DNA of 64,000 bases from assembly GCA_951406725.2 (NCBI GenBank), contig OX597839.1:37448001-37512000 (forward strand), given 5' to 3'. The translations under genes and the position numbers were made by a program. Below are positions 12,881-24,925 of the stretch, one piece after another. The stretch's first letter is position 1; each line of letters opens with the position of its first letter. The stretch is from Octopus vulgaris. Its lineage: Eukaryota. The notes beneath the pieces are model-generated. The model had not been told where the DNA came from. It saw nothing but the letters and a program-made list of their open reading frames with translations, and did no database searches.

Positions 12881-14889
12881 CAGGAGAGAAAGATACGTGA
12901 CAGAAGAGAAAGACAGGAGGCAGAAGCGAGAAAGGCAGGAAAGAGAAAGGAAGTAGAGAAATAGGGAGAGAGAGAGATAAGGATAGGAGAGAAAAAGAAG
13001 GAAGACGGAGGCAAGGAGAAAGAAAAGGGGCAAGTAAGAGATCAAAAGAGAGGGAGAAGGATAGGCGAGAAAGAAAGAGAGAGGTAAAGGAAGGAAAATA
13101 GGCAAGATTGAAAGTGAGAGAGAGAGAGAGAGAGAGAGAGACAAATTAGAAGAGAAAGAGATGGGGTAGGTTAAGTGAGGGATTTAAGCTTACGATGTGC
13201 CCTTAGCACACAACCAAACAATGACTGGTTCTCCCTCAACTCCTTCCATTGTCTGACAAACCATTCAAATCTTAATGCCGAATGTGAGAAAATAGATTAG
13301 AAAAATGCGTTTTCTCACAGACCAAATCCCACAAACTATATTAAAACATAACCTGTTTTTTGTTTTATATATTTCATTGTATTTATTTATTTATTCAACA
13401 TTAAATAACAGTAACCAATTATTTAATTATCATTGTGGTAACGGAAGTAGAAGAAAAAAAACCCCCGCTAATTCTTAACATTTATTCATTATAAAACTAA
13501 ACAAAACCAAAGCTGTTGAATAATTTATCATTCACAAACACGGTAAATCTGGCATGAAATTCAAATAATCCAGTCTCTTCATTGCTTAAACACGTGTTTA
13601 TATTGCTTAACGGTTGTTAATCCGGCAACTGGAATAAGGTGAGCCGACGGATAAAGGAAAAAGCAAAGAGAATGTGTTGGGAAGCAAACAGTAACCTGTT
13701 ATTAATTTGTGCGGGAGCTGATTATTTGGAAACAACCTTTCACCCCCCTTTCATATCTGTTAGGCTCGTCTGCCAACACTCTTTTACTGTTCTCTATCTC
13801 TCCCTATTTCCACTTTCTCTCTCTCTCTCTCTCTCTCTGTTTTTCTATATCATCTTTCCTTTATCTGTCTCTCCCTCCTCTCTTTCTATCGTTTTCTTAC
13901 TTTATCAATTTTCGCCCCCTTCCAATAACGCCTTTGCTCTTTCTCTCCACTCTATAATATGTTGCTTTCTTTTTGCTATAGCATCCTTCTCTATCATTTC
14001 TGCCTCTCACCCACACGGTCAGTCTGTCTATTTCTATCATCATTTCATCTCCCCCTCTCATCATGCTCACATTTGATCTCTTTCTCACTCTCTCTACTCC
14101 TCTTTCACTCTCTAAGTTATTCTCCTCCTTCTCTTCCTTCCCTCTTCATGCTTTATCTCTTCTCTGTTCATACGTCATACACTCTCTCTTCTCTTTTGTC
14201 TCCTCTTCCCTCCACTTATCTACTTTCTTTCTCTATTCAAAATCCCTCTCTTTCCTTATTCTTCTATCAGTCTTTTTCTTTCTCTCTTTTACTCTCCTTC
14301 TTTATCTCTGTCTATCGCTTTCACTCACTTAGTTGCCTTACATCTCAATAACACTTTCTCACTCTCCTCCCACCATCTCAGTATCATAAACTACCACCAC
14401 TACTACTTTCACCAATTTCCTCCTACTCTAATACTATCATTTGTCACCACAACTATATTCTCTACTACTACTATCACCACCACCAAACTGTCACCACCCC
14501 ACCATCATATTACTACTACTACTACTGCTACTGCCATCACAACCACTGCTTATCACCGATGCGACTACTATTGCTACTACAACCTCTATCAATACTCTCA
14601 CTACCACTACCACAACCACTTCTATCACCACCGCCGTCGCCCTAACCATTTCACATAGAATCACCACCACCACTACTACCACTGTCATTACTACAGCTAC
14701 TACCACTCTCGTTACTACTCCAACCATCACCACTGTCGTTATCATTACTTCCCTCCTCCTCCGTGCCAGCTTACAACTCTCACTACGACTTTGTACTACC
14801 ACTATCCCTCTCTAGTAGTAGTAGTAATAGTTGCTGCTGTAGTAGCAGCAGTAGTAGTAGTAGTGGTGGTAGCAGCCGAGGCTTTGTCG

Positions 14890-15004
14890 TCGGACGTCAG
14901 TCAGTGAGGAGTTATCAGTCCTTCGTTGTGTCACAGCGCACACATTTACCACACACTCACACACATATATACAAACTCTTGATAAATACACACACCGCAT
15001 CACC
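14890..15004 (+). promoter_or_regulatory. Putative core promoter and 5' UTR of the SH3BGRL3-like gene
   Basis: CpG-richer unique patch with GACGTCA (CRE-like) and TCAGTC initiator-like motifs (one at 14915-14920), about 90 nt upstream of the ATG. Confidence 0.4.
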
Positions 15005-15049
15005 ATGCCTGTTATACTGTATTCGACATCTGTATCAGGATGTAGAGCG
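15005..15049 (+). CDS. SH3BGRL3: SH3BGRL3-like protein, coding exon 1 (MPVILYSTSVSGCRA)
   Basis: CACC-ATG start context, 15 codons, then a GTAAAG donor (phase 0). The peptide resembles the SH3BGRL3 N-terminus (LRVYSTSVTGSRE) and joins in frame to exon 43057. Confidence 0.88.
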
Positions 15050-15669
15050 GTAAAGCATTTATTTATTCATTTATTTAATTAATTGTTTTTAAAAAGAAAA
15101 AAAAACAACATTAATTAACATCATTATTATAAAAAATAATCTATTATCCATGAATTCGTTGCTAAAAGCTTTGTTCAATGTAAACTAAAATGGCAGGGGT
15201 TCGATCCCTACCAGTTCAGTTGAGGACCAGCTTTATATATATATATATTTTTTGTTTGTTTGTTTGAAATTAATCTTTATTACGGCCTGATATTATATTA
15301 TATTATATTATTGTTTGTTTGTATTTTAATTATTAAACATTTTATTTTATAATCATTTTAACTCTTTTTTTTTTTATTGCTTCGATGGTTTTTGAATTTT
15401 TTTCTGTATGTGTGGCAAAGCAGTTTAATATTTGTTCTATCTCTTTTTGTTTGTTTTTGTTTTTTTTTTATGTGCCCCCCCCCCCCCTCTTGTTTCCCCA
15501 AATCCCGTCTGCATCTTGTTTGTCTTCCATCCTTCTAGGATCGATAAAGATAAATTTAGAACCACAGTGTTTGTTTAATAATGATAATAATAATAATAAT
15601 CGTTTCAGTTAAAAACCACCGCCACCACCACTGCTACTACTACTACTATCATTGTCATTATTAACAACA

Positions 15670-15895
15670 CACCATCATCATTACCATCACCATTACCATC
15701 ATCACCATTACCATCATCATCATCACCATCATCATCATCACCATTACCATCATCATCATCACCATCATCACCATTACCATCATCACCATTACCATCATCA
15801 CCATCATTACCATCATCATCATCACCATTACCATCATCATCATCATCATCACCATTACCATCATCATCATTATCACCATTACTATCATCATTATT
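15670..15895. repeat. (CAT/CAC/TAC)n microsatellite
   Basis: Direct inspection. Confidence 0.95.
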
Positions 15896-17363
15896 AAAAG
15901 TGGTGGTGGTGGTTGATGGAATTGGTAAACGCCGGGTGAAAAAAAAAAAGGGGGCGAAGTAGATAAAAATGTCTGGCAGTAATTTTAAAAAATTAATCGA
16001 TTCTACAAAATATTTTGGACCTTTAAAAATGCCAGAATCAATAAACAGTCGTTGTTTTATGGTTTATTCTTCCTTCTAAGACTACCAACTTTTTTTTTTT
16101 TGCAATTCTTTCGATAAAAAAGAAAAGCCTAGACTCGACTAAAATTATCTGTCAAGTGTCGACGTTGATATATATATATATATATTAACAGACGACATTC
16201 TTCCTTTTTCTCCAAAATTCTATCCCTTAACGCTTCTCTTAGAAACCAAACCATTAAATCATTATTATTGAGTTTGCAGAATCGCCAGAGGCATCGGACA
16301 AAGATGCCTTGCACGATGATATTTCTTTCGGCTCTTTACGATCTGAGTTCAAATCCTTCTCGGGTCGGCTTAACCTGAGATGAGAACCCATCAAGTACTG
16401 AAGTAGATATAATATCGATTATCCCCCGCCCCCCAGAAATTGCTGGCCTTGTGCCAAAATTTGAAACCAATATTGTTCTTGATTTTTTGTGTACCCCCCT
16501 CCACATTTAATATTAATTTCTTTGTATTGTCCCTCCTCTTCAGTAGATGACACTCTGGCAAATAAAAGACATGATAATAGCTATATGATGATGATAATAA
16601 TATTAATAATAATAATTATTATTATTGTATAGTTATCGTTATTATGGACCATGATTAGAAAGGTAGATTCGCAGACTTGTGCATTGCAAAAATTCTTTGT
16701 GCTACTTGCCCCGACTCTACGATCTGGGTTCAAACCCAGCTGAGGTCCAACTTTGCCGTTCGTTCCTTTGGGGGTCGATAAGATAAAGTACCAGTCAATC
16801 GTTGCGGTCGATCGATGTCATCGACTGACCACAGCCTCTCAAAACAAATGGCCTTGTGCCAAAATTAGCTTATTATTATTATTATTATTTTTCTTCTTCC
16901 TCTTCGATTTTTCGGTTCATCTCCACCTCACACATTTTATGTTAATCTCTTCGCAACGTCTCACCTCCACCCTCTTTCAGTCGTCGCCTTTGTAGCATAT
17001 GAAAGGAATAATTATAATAATAGTAATAATGATAACAATTACTATTATTGCAGAACCTGGGGAGGGCGATCTTGGGTTTTTTAGGTCCACAGAATTATAC
17101 ATCAGAATTATTAGCAGTCAGTTCGAAACCTTACTGTCTTGTTGGTTTGTGTTCGAATTTCGGTTGAGAGCCGGTCGATTTAACCTCTTACGTTTAAACA
17201 AGCTACTACCACATTGTAATTGCCTGGGTGGGTGTCTTGAAAATCAATTAACGAAGCTAAAAATAAAGATAAAAAAAAGTGGGGTGGATGAGGGAAGTTA
17301 TAAATAAAAAACTAAATAATCACCCAGACCCTAAGGAATTATTTAACCAACAGCAAAACAGAA

Positions 17364-17412
<49 letters not shown>

Positions 17413-17506
17413 GGACTGTAATTAAAATACCGAGTTGAATGTAGAACCGTAGAAACTAGAATAGCCATCATCATGTTTACGATTTTTACGTCCATTAAAA
17501 GAAATC

Positions 17507-17750
17507 GGCGAATCGGTGGCAGAATTGTTAGCGCGTCGAACAAAATGCTTGACTTTTGTATTTCGGCTGCCGTTACGTTGTGAGTTCAAATTCCGCCGAG
17601 GTCGACTTTGCCTTTCATCCTTTCGGGGTCGATAAATTAAGTACCAGTTAAGCACTGGGGTCGATGTAATCGACTTAATTACCTATGTCTGTCCTTGTTT
17701 GTCCCCCTCTATGTTTAGCCAGCCCCTTGTGGGTAATAAAGAAATAGGTA
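17507..17750 (+). mobile_element. MetaSINE-like SINE, near full length
   Basis: Head, core and 3' part ending GGGTAATAAAGAAATA. Confidence 0.8.
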
Positions 17751-19060
17751 TTTCTTCCGGTTGTTTAACTAATGTTCAGAGTTCGAAACCCACTGAGGCC
17801 AGCTTTGCATTTCGTCCTTTCGCGGGTCCATAAAAGATAGTACCATTGAAATATTGGGAGGGGATGTCGAAGTACTGATAATCGACTTGCTCCCACCCTT
17901 CAAAATTGCTGGCCTTGTGCCATAACCGTCTCCCTGAAAGTGCTGGCTTTGTGCTAAAATGTCAAACAATTATTATTATTATTATCATTATTATTATTAT
18001 TATTATTAAGGTGGCGGGTTGGCAGAATAGTTGGTAAATTCAAAGCGTTGGTATTCTGGTTTCAAATCTTACCCGGGGTCAGTTTGCCTTTCACCATTTC
18101 GAGGATCGATAAACTCAAGTGCGAGTCATATATACTTGGATCGATGGCATTGACTAACCACACATCTCGAAAACTGTTGGCCTTGTGCCTACATTAGAAG
18201 CAGCTATGATTTATTGTGATGATTCTTTGCCATTACTGGGCACCGTGCCAAAGATTTTCGGGGTTTGGTGAACATGTCTGAGTCATTGCTACTGAACCAA
18301 TCCTTGGTCATTAAGTTAATTTATCGACCTTCGAATGAAGTAATTAAGAGTCGACCTCGGATGGGATTGAACTCTCGACACACGTAAACAAACTGTAACT
18401 GAATCCTTAGAAAAGTAATTTAATCTGCTGCTCAACCTTCTAACATCATCTTTTGATGTCCATTTAGGCAGCGAGCTTGCCAGAACCGTTAGAGAGCTTC
18501 GTATTATAATAATACTTAGCGGCATTTTTTTTTTTTTGTCTGGCTTCCTTACGTTCAGAGTTCAAATTCTGCTGAAGTAATTTTGTCTTTAATACTTTCT
18601 TGGTCGATAAAATGAACAATGGAGTTGATGTGATCAACTGAAATTATTAGCCCTTGTGTGCTAAATTAATAGCCTTGTGGAGGCTATTTTGGAATAGCAA
18701 TCGCTACCAGCTGGGAAAGGTAAAGGGCAAGAAATTGAGAGGCTTTAAAAAAAAATTCCTGTGTTTTGTAAAACCGAGATTATGATTCTCAAAGGATTTT
18801 TGTCCCCTTAGAATTTCAACCCCTCCCCCCAACCAATTGCATGACATTTCCCTTCCCTATGAGGTAATGATTACTCTTTCGAAAGACAGTTCCTTATTTT
18901 ATTTATGAATAAGGTGATTTGAAGGGAGTTTGGCTGCCATTTCTGCCAGGTCAAAGCAATTACGTAGTCTACATTCTAATTTCCTTTATTTTGCCACAAA
19001 TACTTGAAAAAAAAATTCTACCATTCATCACGAGACTTTAAAAAAATCACCAAAATTGTA

Positions 19061-19103
<43 letters not shown>

Positions 19104-19218
19104 TAAGTAATTAAGGGTTTAGCAACGATTTGCCTCACCACACACCGAATTTAGAAATAGCAGTCAAAGAGTTATGGCTATTCTTTCTACATAAAAGGGA
19201 GATCCCAGTAAAACCACA

Positions 19219-19258
<40 letters not shown>

Positions 19259-19985
19259 GTGTGTGTATGTAGTCCGAACACTAAGTGCCTATGCTTTATG
19301 TAAGCACCCCATCCTCATAACAAACACACTCACAGAGGACCGAAAATGCGAGGACCCATCGTTATATCGTTCTTGTGGCAAATACTATAAAATAAAATAA
19401 TCCCCATGTGGTTTCTAGACCTGCTAGAAATAGCAGTCAGATTTCCTTCAAATCGAATCAAACGTTCTTGAAAAGAAAAAGGGACAAAAACCCAAACAAG
19501 CATTAGATAATGTAATGTATCCTATATGACCCTCGTATAAAAGGGGTGGTCATGGTTGGACAAACTTAAGTCTGCTCGATCAAAGCTAACCTGAGGTCAC
19601 AGTTATTGTTATAATTTCATTACTAATTATATTTAGTTTATTTGCAGTAATAAGTAGTAGTAGTAGTAGTAGTAGTGTTAATTTGTTAATTATCATGGTG
19701 TGTAAATTGTTGTTTGTAGTAAACAAAAAAAATAGGATAATTATCCTTAAAAAATCATAATTTATTAACCATGTTGTTTCCATTATAATTAATTAGGGCT
19801 ATTGATAGTAGTAACAGTAGTAATATCTATCTATCTATCTATCTATCTCTATATATATACACACATACACATTCATATGTGTGCGTATATATAATACATA
19901 TGTATTTATATATATGTATATGTCTGTGTACATATGTCTATATATAAATATGCGTATATTTATGCATATATATTTGTGTATATAT

Positions 19986-20036
<51 letters not shown>

Positions 20037-20397
20037 CACAGACGTGTGTGTATGTATATGTATATACATAGACGTGTGTGTATATATACACAGACGTGTG
20101 TGTGTGTATGTTTATTATGTATGTAAAGAAGCGATGTGTCCCGTCCTCCCGTTTCGCAAAAAGTCTGTCGTGTTGTCAGTAAAGACAAAAGAGACTCGTT
20201 CCATCTTTTCGTGTTGACTCATTCAAGTTGCTCTCCTCCTCCCCCTTCTCTTTCTTCTCCTCCTTCTCCTTCTTCTTCTTCTTTGATGATGAGGTGCTTG
20301 TCTCTGTTCTCATGGTGTGTACCTACGTCCAGCTCAGATGTTGTCTATTATACACACAAGTATAATACACACACACACACAAACATGATGTATATTT

Positions 20398-20518
20398 GTG
20401 TGTGTGTATATATATATCCAGCTTCAGTAGATGTTGGTGTGTGTTTGTTTGTGCAATATGAGTATCAGGTATCAATGTATAAGCAGTGTTTACAAATATA
20501 TATATACTCCAAAAACGA

Positions 20519-20573
<55 letters not shown>

Positions 20574-20743
20574 TAAATTAGAGATAAAACCACTATAAGG
20601 CAAATCATACAATGAAAAACTTAAGCCAATACATAAGACTAATTAATTTATATTATTTAAATATATATCAAAATTATTAAAAAAAGATAATTAGTATAAC
20701 ATTACGATCGTTTCATGGCTGTCCAATTCGTAAAAATTCGAGT

Positions 20744-20774
<31 letters not shown>

Positions 20775-20891
20775 TCATTTTGGGAGTATATATATATTTG
20801 TAAACACTACTTATACATTGATACCTGATACTCATACTGCACACACAAACACACACCAACATCCACTGAAGCTGGATATATATACACACAC
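20398..20891. repeat. Inverted duplication (~130-bp arms) bracketing a pLTR-like insert
   Basis: 20398-20530 is the reverse complement of ~20760-20891 with few mismatches. The insert at 20576-20742 has GAAACGATCGTA on the minus strand. Confidence 0.85.
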
Positions 20892-21098
20892 ATGTATGTA
20901 TGTATGTATATATTGTCAGTATTCTGTAAATATCATATCTAAACATACATAAGTATAATATATATATATATTATGATAGTTTGTTCCTGGTGGGGAAAAT
21001 CGAAGTGCTTAGAAGTCCTTTATGCTTAGAGTATCAACCGTATACGTTGATGTGAAGCCGAATATGCATATGCCGCTAGGATAAGGTTTAAAGTACAG

Positions 21099-21167
<69 letters not shown>

Positions 21168-21674
21168 GTGTGTGTGTGTGTGTAAGTGCTGATGGCGAAT
21201 CGTTTATGTGTGATACCGTTTGGTTATCTATTGAGCTTGGTTCATTAATTTAATGGGACATAATTAGATCGTGGCCTAAATTCCACGTCCGTCACCTAAA
21301 CCCGCACTCTTATGACACAGGCACGCACACACACACACACACATATTTATATATACCCGGCCAGACCTGTATGAATGTCATTAGATTATGCACACACACA
21401 ACCGTTAACTGTATACAATACATAGACACATGAACACTCAAAAACGCTCGTGTTCACATATCCCAAAGTTGTATTGAAAACTTTGGTTTGTACCACAAAA
21501 TTCAGCCAAAACTATATATGTGTGTGATTCCCTTTACGGGACTGTCATGTTGAGTTGACAGTATACAACCACTATATATGTGTATTTACAAATTTCTCTC
21601 TCAAAATATGTGTACATGTAAACATGTATGTGTACATGTATGTATATTTATGTGTGTGTGTGTGTGTATATATA

Positions 21675-22218
21675 TCATCATCGTTTAGCGTCCGCTTTCC
21701 ATGCTAGCATGGGTTGGACGATTCAACTGGGGTCTGGTAAGCCAGAAGGCTGCACCAGGTTCCAGTCTGAACTGGCAGTGTTTCTATGGCTGGATACCTT
21801 TCCTAACGCCAACCACTCCGTGAGTGTAGTGGGTGCTTTTTACGTGCCACCGACTCAGGTGCCAGACGAGGCTGGCAAACGGCCTCGATCGGATGGTGCT
21901 TTTCATGTGCCACCGACACAGGTGCCAGATGAGGCTGGCAACGGCCACGATCAGATGGTGCTTTTTACGTGCCACCGGCACGAGGCCAGTTGGGGCGGCA
22001 CTGGCAACGGCCACGTTCAGATGGTTCTCTTACGTACCACCGGCACTGGTATCACAGCTACAATTTCCATTGATGTTGATCAATTTCGATTTTCACTTTC
22101 CTCAACAGGTCTTCACAAGTAGAGTTTTGTGTCCCAAGAAGGAAAGGTATGCATAAGTGGACTGGCTACATCCCAATGTAGAGACCACGGGTTATGGTCT
22201 CACTTGTCCTGCCGGGTC
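21675..22218 (-). mobile_element. RTE LINE 3' UTR fragment (family C) with internal ~62-bp repeats
   Basis: (GAT)n tail, GGATxCCxTTCCTAACGCCAACC domain and repeat units; continuous with the RTE ORF end in the 39290 copy. Confidence 0.75.
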
Positions 22219-22259
22219 ATACATATACTTTGTGTGATTATTGAGATTGGCTTGAGAAG

Positions 22260-22750
22260 CTCAAGTTTTATTCCCACCAATGCTACTCTGAGCGCGATAT
22301 CATTTGTATGATGTGGAAAATATTCCAACAGTATTGCCTAAACAATATTGGCATTAACTTTAAAAGGCTCGGTCCCCTTGCCATAAAATTCACGCAAGGC
22401 TTGGTCCTCCTTGCCATCCGTCCTCTATAAAAATCATGTTTGCATAACATCACAACGCTGCGACAGAACTATTTCACCTAAATTGGCCTTGCTCTCTTGA
22501 ACATCATGTCAGGAGACATAAAAGAGGAAAATATCTAACAGTCAACAGTTTCTGGATGACTATTTCCAACAAATTCCAGATAAACCCGCTACACCCAGAT
22601 ATATCCCTGCAAACAACAACTCTATACTTGAATGGTCGGTGGTGCCCAAAGAATGAATGTAATATGAACTGTGTCATTAACTGTCTTTTTCTGGTGGTTC
22701 TATTAAATTAGTGAAACCCAGAACCAATTCTGTCCGAAACTTATCTAAGC
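22260..22750 (+). mobile_element. Degenerate CR1/L2-group LINE 3' end (family 3)
   Basis: Broken frames read MMWKIFQ...TLRQNYF...LDDYFQQIPDKPATPRYIPANNNSILEW, typical of the RT C-terminus in this group. Confidence 0.6.
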
Positions 22751-22806
22751 ATCTATAGATTTATATATATATATATTGTTAAGAGCGTTGTAGTTCTTTT
22801 GAAGCA

Positions 22807-22839
<33 letters not shown>

Positions 22840-24264
22840 GTTTAACGTCCGCTTTCCATGCTAGCATGGGTTGGACAGTTCAACTGGGGTCTGAGAAGCC
22901 AGAAGGCTGCGCCAGGCCCAGTCTGATCTGGCAGTGTTTCTACAGCTGGATGCCCTCCCTAACGCCAACCACTCCGTGAGTGTAGTGGGTGCTTTTTATG
23001 TGCCAGACGAGGCTGGCAAACGGCCACGATCGGATGGTGCTTTTATGTGCCACTGGCATGGAGACCAGACGAAGCTGGCAACAGCCACGATCGAATGGTG
23101 CTTTTTACGTGCCACCGGCACGGAGGCCAGTCAGGGCGACGCTGGCTACGGCCATGTTCGGATGGTTCTCTTACGTGCCACCAGTACAGAATTAGAAAGA
23201 GAAAACAAATATTCTGACAGTTTTTAAAAGCTTTCTTTGTTTTCCTTTCTTTCTTTACTTAAATATATATCGTTGTTTTAACATCCATTTTTCTATGCTT
23301 GCAAGGGTCAGATGAAAATCATTAAAGGTATATTCTCTACAGTCAGATGCTCTTCCTGTCACCAACCTTCACCTGTTTCCAAACCAAATATTTCTCTGTG
23401 GCCAGACATGTTTTCACAGCAGATTGGAAATGACTAATACTGCTTGTATGATGGCGATGCCCGTTTAGAACAACCACACGATCTTATATCCTTGTCATCG
23501 TCATCGTTTAGTGGCCATCTTCCATGCCAGCATAGGTTGGACTCAGCTCCATGCACCTTAAAAATTTTGCAGGTTTTCTGTAAGAAGTGTATGAAACTTA
23601 GGCTACCTGGGACCAAGTCATCATCATCATCATCATCGTTTAACGTCCGTTTTCCATGCTAGCATGGGTTGGACGGTTCGACCGGGGATCTGGGAAGCCA
23701 GTAGGCTGCGCCAGACCCAGTCTGATCTGGCAATGTTTCTACGGCTGGATGCCCTTCCTAACGCCAACCACTCCGTGAGTGTAGTGGGTGCTTTTTACGT
23801 GCCACCTGCACAGGTGCCAGACGAGGCTGGCAAACAGCCATGATCGGATGGCTCTCTTATGTGCCACCAGCACTGGTATCACAGCTGCAATTTCCATTGA
23901 TGTTGATTGATTTTGATTTTGATTTTCACTTGCCTCAACAGGTCTTCACAAGTAGGGTTTGTGTCACAAGAAGGAAAGATATGCATAAGTTGGCTGGCTA
24001 CGTCCCAAACTGTTTTAAATAATAATATATGCAACTCCTACTAAATGTATTGAGTGCTTCTTTCTTTTGTTCTCCAACTTTATCTGTCTTATCATAATTT
24101 AGCTTCTCAACACCTGGCATAAAGCCACATCCCTCCACCATCAGTGAAGGAAGCTTTTTTTTTGGTCTTGTTAGTTACTTTGCAACCTCATTGGTGCTGG
24201 TGCCAGGACAGAAGTACCAAGTACATCCTGTAAAGTGGTTGGGATTAGAAAGCGGATCCAGTTG

Positions 24265-24925
24265 TAGAAGGAATGCTGTACTATAAAATTAATCTATAGT
24301 ATCAGGACAAAACATCGTTAATGCACCAGTAAGTTATTAATTAAACTAGATGCCAGCAAAGCATCAATTTATGCAAATAGATTTAATTTATTGAAGCACT
24401 TATGAATAACGACTTTATAAACAATGTATCTATGGGCCATTAATTAGGGTAGTTTGTCACTGATGAGGTTCTAATTGAGGGATTAAAACCAGTCTTGCAG
24501 ATATGTATTTTCTTGTCCAGGATGTTACTGTATGGAAGACATGATGTTTATATGCTGATTGCGATTCTTTGGTCAAACTAGCCAACCCATGCCAGCATGG
24601 AAGACCACAATTAAATGATGAGGTTGACAATGTATAGCCAGCTCCATGTGTCTTCCATACAGTAACATCACAGACGAGAAAATACATATCTGCAAGACTG
24701 GTTTTAATCCCTCAATTAGAACCTCATCAGTGACAAACTACCCTAATTAATGGCCCATAGATACATTGTTTATAAAGTCGTTATTCATAAGTGCTTCAAT
24801 AAATTAAATCTATTTGCATAAATTGATGCTTTGCTGGTTGCTAGTTTAATTAATAACTTACTGGTGCATTAACGATGTTTTGTCCTGATACTATAGATTA
24901 ATTTTACAGTACAGCGTTCCTTCTA
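24265..24925. repeat. Long inverted repeat, 277-bp arms with a 107-bp spacer
   Basis: 24265-24541 is the reverse complement of 24649-24925 with only a handful of mismatches. Confidence 0.95.

Noticed and set aside
15190-15232. GGTTCGATCCC B-box as a tRNA gene
   Set aside because: No cloverleaf; probably a SINE remnant.
20120-20350. CpG-richer unique patch as an alternative first exon
   Set aside because: No SH3BGR-like peptide and no convincing splice donor.
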